Shown here piece by piece: positions 46,128 through 49,190 of a stretch of DNA of 49,190 nt. Each line of letters starts with the position of its first letter. Position 1 is the stretch's first letter. Source of the DNA: a virus (taxonomy: Duplodnaviria; Caudoviricetes); the IMG/VR virus record IMGVR_UViG_3300020514_000004, positions 1-49,190 of that record, one strand, 5' to 3'. Under the pieces are notes generated by a model. It was not told where the DNA came from. It worked only from the letters and a program-made list of their open reading frames with translations, and made no database searches. A program made the position numbers and the translations under genes.

Positions 46128-46534
46128 TAGAAGGGGACCACCTCGTCAGGACTCTCGTCCTGCTCATCGTTGAAGTCGATGTAGTGATTCTGGGTGATGC
46201 AGTTGGTCTTGCTGTCGATGGTGAAGTACCCGTGGCTGCCGATGACGTGGCCGTCGCCGATCTCCCAGCCCGGGAAGCGGGTGCCGAGCAGCTTGTAGAG
46301 TTCTTCGTGGATGGCGGATGGGTTGTCACCGACGATCTCGAATGCGGCCTTGGCATTGGGGGACTGGTCGTCGATGCGGTTGCCCTTGCTGTCCTCGAAC
46401 CAGTAGTCCTCGAACCATCCGCTGTCGTCGGAACCGTTGTAGGACACGACGAGGCGGAAGCCCTCGGGCAGGATGGGACGGATCTGGTTGATGACGGTGC
46501 GGATGGTGGGGAATTCGGTCGTCGAGTTTGTCAT
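46127..46534 (-). CDS. DUF6878-like acidic protein
   Basis: YNGSDDSG, GWEIGDG; adjacent to the DUF6915-like gene. Confidence 0.65.
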   Translation of the reverse strand: MTNSTTEFPTIRTVINQIRPILPEGFRLVVSYNGSDDSGWFEDYWFEDSKGNRIDDQSPNAKAAFEIVGDNPSAIHEELYKLLGTRFPGWEIGDGHVIGSHGYFTIDSKTNCITQNHYIDFNDEQDESPDEVVPF

Positions 46535-46839
46535 TGGATCTCCTCCGCTGCTTCGCGCAGCTTGTCGTTGATGACGCCGTCGAGGACGTCGAGTGCCTTG
46601 ACGATGGTGAGGGGCATGTTGTCGCCGTAGTGCCAGGTGATCTCGTTGTCGTCGCTGTCGGAATACGAGACGTGGATGGGCTCGGCTTCCTTGATCTCCA
46701 CGATCCGGGCACGCTGGCCGGGTGCGGCGGTGGTGTGGGTGATGGAGATGGTGCAGTCGAAGGTGATGTCCAGGCTGACGATGTCGGCCTCGACCCAGAT
46801 GGTGATGTCCTTGCGGTGGTTGATGGTCTTGTCAGTCAT
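46531..46839 (-). CDS. Hypothetical protein
   Basis: 102 aa with AAGGAG RBS. Confidence 0.7.
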   Translation of the reverse strand: MTDKTINHRKDITIWVEADIVSLDITFDCTISITHTTAAPGQRARIVEIKEAEPIHVSYSDSDDNEITWHYGDNMPLTIVKALDVLDGVINDKLREAAEEIQ

Positions 46840-47143
46840 CGTCGTCTCCTTGTCCGAATGAGATCTCCTCTGCCTGCGGGCTGAAGCGGATGCGCCATGC
46901 CTCCCACTTCAGGTCGAATGCTGCTGGGTCCCCCACCTGCCGAAGGTAGCCGTAGTCCTTGGCCCAATGGTTGAAGAGGATGATGTCCGCCAGGTGCAGG
47001 CGGTTGAGAGGGTCGGCCGATGCTGCCGAGAGGTGTGCCTTGTCGGAGAGCACGGCATCGAGGAACCCGCCCGGTGGCGTGCCGTTGCGGTAGTGGCGGT
47101 AGAGGGAATTGAATACGACGGGTGGTATGGAGATGCCTGACAT
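46832..47143 (-). CDS. Hypothetical phage protein (PPGGFLDAVL...ADPLN)
   Basis: Start MSGISIPP 2 nt after the polymerase stop. Confidence 0.65.
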   Translation of the reverse strand: MSGISIPPVVFNSLYRHYRNGTPPGGFLDAVLSDKAHLSAASADPLNRLHLADIILFNHWAKDYGYLRQVGDPAAFDLKWEAWRIRFSPQAEEISFGQGDDDD

Positions 47144-47145
47144 GT

Positions 47146-49190
47146 TCACTCGTAGATGAGGGGTGCGTGATGTCCCGAACGCTTGCACAACTGATGCCAA
47201 TACCCGGCGGTGCCCACGAACTCGACGGCCGCCCACATCAGGTCCGCCGCCTGCTTCTCCGTGCCGGGCGGGCAGTCGAAGTACAGGGCGTCGTAGACCT
47301 GGAGGAACAGCTGCGGCTGCTTGTGGCTGGTGGGGGATGTGATCGGGCCGAGTGCCCGATGGATGAAGTTCTGGATGGCGAGCATGACGTTGCCGGCGGT
47401 TGCCTGCACGGGGAAGTTGCAGACTTCGGAGATCATGGACTTGCCGCCACGGGCGAGGACCTGCTTCAGTTCACGGCGGGTGTTCCACGCACGCTGGTCC
47501 AGCCGGAAGCTGGTGAACGTGCGGGTGTGCCCGGTGTACGGCAGTTCGATGTAGCCCTTGGCCTCAGCCTCACGGCAGAGGGAGTACTGCCACCCCACCA
47601 GGCCGGGACGCTGCTCGTAGCGGGACGCCACGATCTGGTCGAAGAAGGTGAGGGGATAGAGCGTGCCGGACATGTCGAGCACGCTGCGCTGCAGGCGGGC
47701 CGACGATGCGCCGAACAGGTCGGCGAAGTTCACGGTCTTGCCGATCTGACGGAGGGCCTTGAAGTCCGGTCGGTCCTTGGAGTCCTGCCCGAAGATGGCG
47801 AGGGTGCGCTGGGTGTGCAGGTCAACGCCGTCGTTGAAGGCGGCGAGCAGGGTGGGCTCGCCCGACAGGATGGCTGCGACGCGCAGTTCGATCTGGCTCA
47901 GGTCGAACGAGACGATGCTGCCGCCGGGGTAGCGGCTGGCCTCGCAGTCCTTGATGACGGCGGGGAATGTCTGGGCTGCGGGGTTCTTGCAGGTGATGCG
48001 GGCCTGGATGGTGCCGCCTTCAGAGCCCGAGTCCTTGGGGATCGAGGGGACGGTGTACCAGGTGGGGTAGGCGATGCCGATGGTGGGGGAATCTGGCCGG
48101 CTGAGAAGGACAGATGAACGGTCGGTCGGCTTCGTGCGACGGTGACGCAAGAGCGGATACGTGTAGGAAGACACCAACTTCTGGGCCGTGCTGTGCTTGT
48201 CGGCACACTCGAAGATGGTGCGCGCTGGATGCGAGTCGGGCAGGTGGCTGGCGATGAGCCGGCGGTTCTCGCTGGACCACGAGAGTTCCTTCGCTTTCTC
48301 GGTGTAGGTGAGGAGTGGGTGGGAAAGGAAGTCGGGGTTGGTGGGGAGGATGTCCTCGATGCAGCGGGCCATGAACTCCCGCTGGGACTGGACGCTTCCT
48401 TCGCCCTCGATGAGTACCCCACCAGCAGCGGCGCAGTTGGTTGCGGTCTCTGCTTGGTCAAGAAGTTCCCGCTCAAGGGACATGAGGCGGGGCAGGCTGA
48501 AGGGGATGCCGGCTTCGGACATGCGGATGGTGGACCACAGGGTCTCGCTGAAGTGGTGGACGCTGTACTCCCCCAACTTGTCGGTGCCGGGGTAGTCCTG
48601 CTTGATGCGGCCGGCGAGGTGCGCGACGGCGAGCATGGTGTTGTGCGTGTCCTGCGCGTTGTACGCGTGCAGGTTGGGGCAGGTGGGGGACGGGAACCGG
48701 CGACCGTCCTTGAGGGTGGCGTCGTCCCGGTAGGAGTGGGTGCCGAGGACGGGGCCGAGTGACTTGAGGCTGCGCTCGGGTCGGAGTTCGGAGTGCAGGA
48801 AGTTGACAACGGACAGGTCGATGAGGGTGTGCCGTCCGTTGAGGGCGAGTGCGATGGCGGGGCTGAAGGCACGCAGCCAGAGGATGTCGAACGGCAGGTT
48901 CATGCCGACGATGGTGTGCGCGTGACGGAGCCACGCGACGAGGGTTGCGTGGGTGGTGGGGTCGGTCAGGTTGAGCGTGAAGGTGGGACCGGGCACGAGT
49001 GCGGCCACGCCATCGAGGTTCCACGAGCCGGGCACGTTGGCTGGTGGGGGTTCGGCTGCGGCGACGGTGATGGCGCAGGTGAGGACGAGGTCCTGGCGGG
49101 CAACGCCGTCCGTGGCGATGGCCCGTGCAGGGTGAAAGACTGTCTGGGCAGGGAGCATGGTGCCGCGTCCGTTGGTGGCAGCTGCTCCGT
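47146..49190 (-). CDS. polA: Family A DNA polymerase with 3'-5' exonuclease; N-terminus probably beyond the window end
   Basis: ExoII GMNLPFD, ExoIII YNAQD, motif A DLSQIELR, motif B RQIGKTVNF, motif C QVYD; frame open to the window edge and ExoI absent. Confidence 0.92.
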   Translation of the reverse strand, partial: GAAATNGRGTMLPAQTVFHPARAIATDGVARQDLVLTCAITVAAAEPPPANVPGSWNLDGVAALVPGPTFTLNLTDPTTHATLVAWLRHAHTIVGMNLPFDILWLRAFSPAIALALNGRHTLIDLSVVNFLHSELRPERSLKSLGPVLGTHSYRDDATLKDGRRFPSPTCPNLHAYNAQDTHNTMLAVAHLAGRIKQDYPGTDKLGEYSVHHFSETLWSTIRMSEAGIPFSLPRLMSLERELLDQAETATNCAAAGGVLIEGEGSVQSQREFMARCIEDILPTNPDFLSHPLLTYTEKAKELSWSSENRRLIASHLPDSHPARTIFECADKHSTAQKLVSSYTYPLLRHRRTKPTDRSSVLLSRPDSPTIGIAYPTWYTVPSIPKDSGSEGGTIQARITCKNPAAQTFPAVIKDCEASRYPGGSIVSFDLSQIELRVAAILSGEPTLLAAFNDGVDLHTQRTLAIFGQDSKDRPDFKALRQIGKTVNFADLFGASSARLQRSVLDMSGTLYPLTFFDQIVASRYEQRPGLVGWQYSLCREAEAKGYIELPYTGHTRTFTSFRLDQRAWNTRRELKQVLARGGKSMISEVCNFPVQATAGNVMLAIQNFIHRALGPITSPTSHKQPQLFLQVYDALYFDCPPGTEKQAADLMWAAVEFVGTAGYWHQLCKRSGHHAPLIYE

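Larger units (their letters stand above)
1..49190. mobile_element. Tailed dsDNA bacteriophage genome (partial, probably podovirus-like; no lysogeny genes seen)
   Basis: TerL-portal-scaffold-capsid order, DNA polymerase A, SF3 helicase, dense abutting ORFs in two opposed blocks; no host housekeeping genes; no tape measure or sheath recognised. Confidence 0.95.

Noticed and set aside
49150-49190. Window as a complete circular genome
   Set aside because: No terminal overlap, and joining the ends does not supply the polymerase ExoI DxE motif; sequence is missing

Overview
This window is most of a high-GC (visually ~65%) tailed dsDNA phage genome, probably podovirus-like, and is cut inside genes at both ends. 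A rightward arm (6504-34453) holds terminase, portal, scaffold, major capsid protein, a ferritin-like protein, a cluster of tiny basic proteins, adaptor/nozzle-type tail genes and large internal-virion-type proteins. A leftward arm (34450-49190 and 1-6477) holds a family A DNA polymerase, an ERCC4 nuclease, a lower-GC spike/SGNH plus lysis block, a metallophosphoesterase, a PD-(D/E)XK nuclease-Sak4-like ATPase-SSB module, an SF3 helicase and small early-type genes. I recognised no integrase, RNA polymerase, endolysin, tRNA or CRISPR array. Strongest unexplained signals: (1) the 10-mer GCTGGTGGGG (E. coli Chi plus GG), counted by eye about 35 times genome-wide, in several reading frames and strand-biased; (2) a repeated hairpin + pyrimidine tract + RBS unit in front of six early genes; (3) an abrupt G/C skew flip near 4.6 kb; (4) non-canonical polymerase motifs. 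All family assignments are from motif recognition by eye, not database searches.
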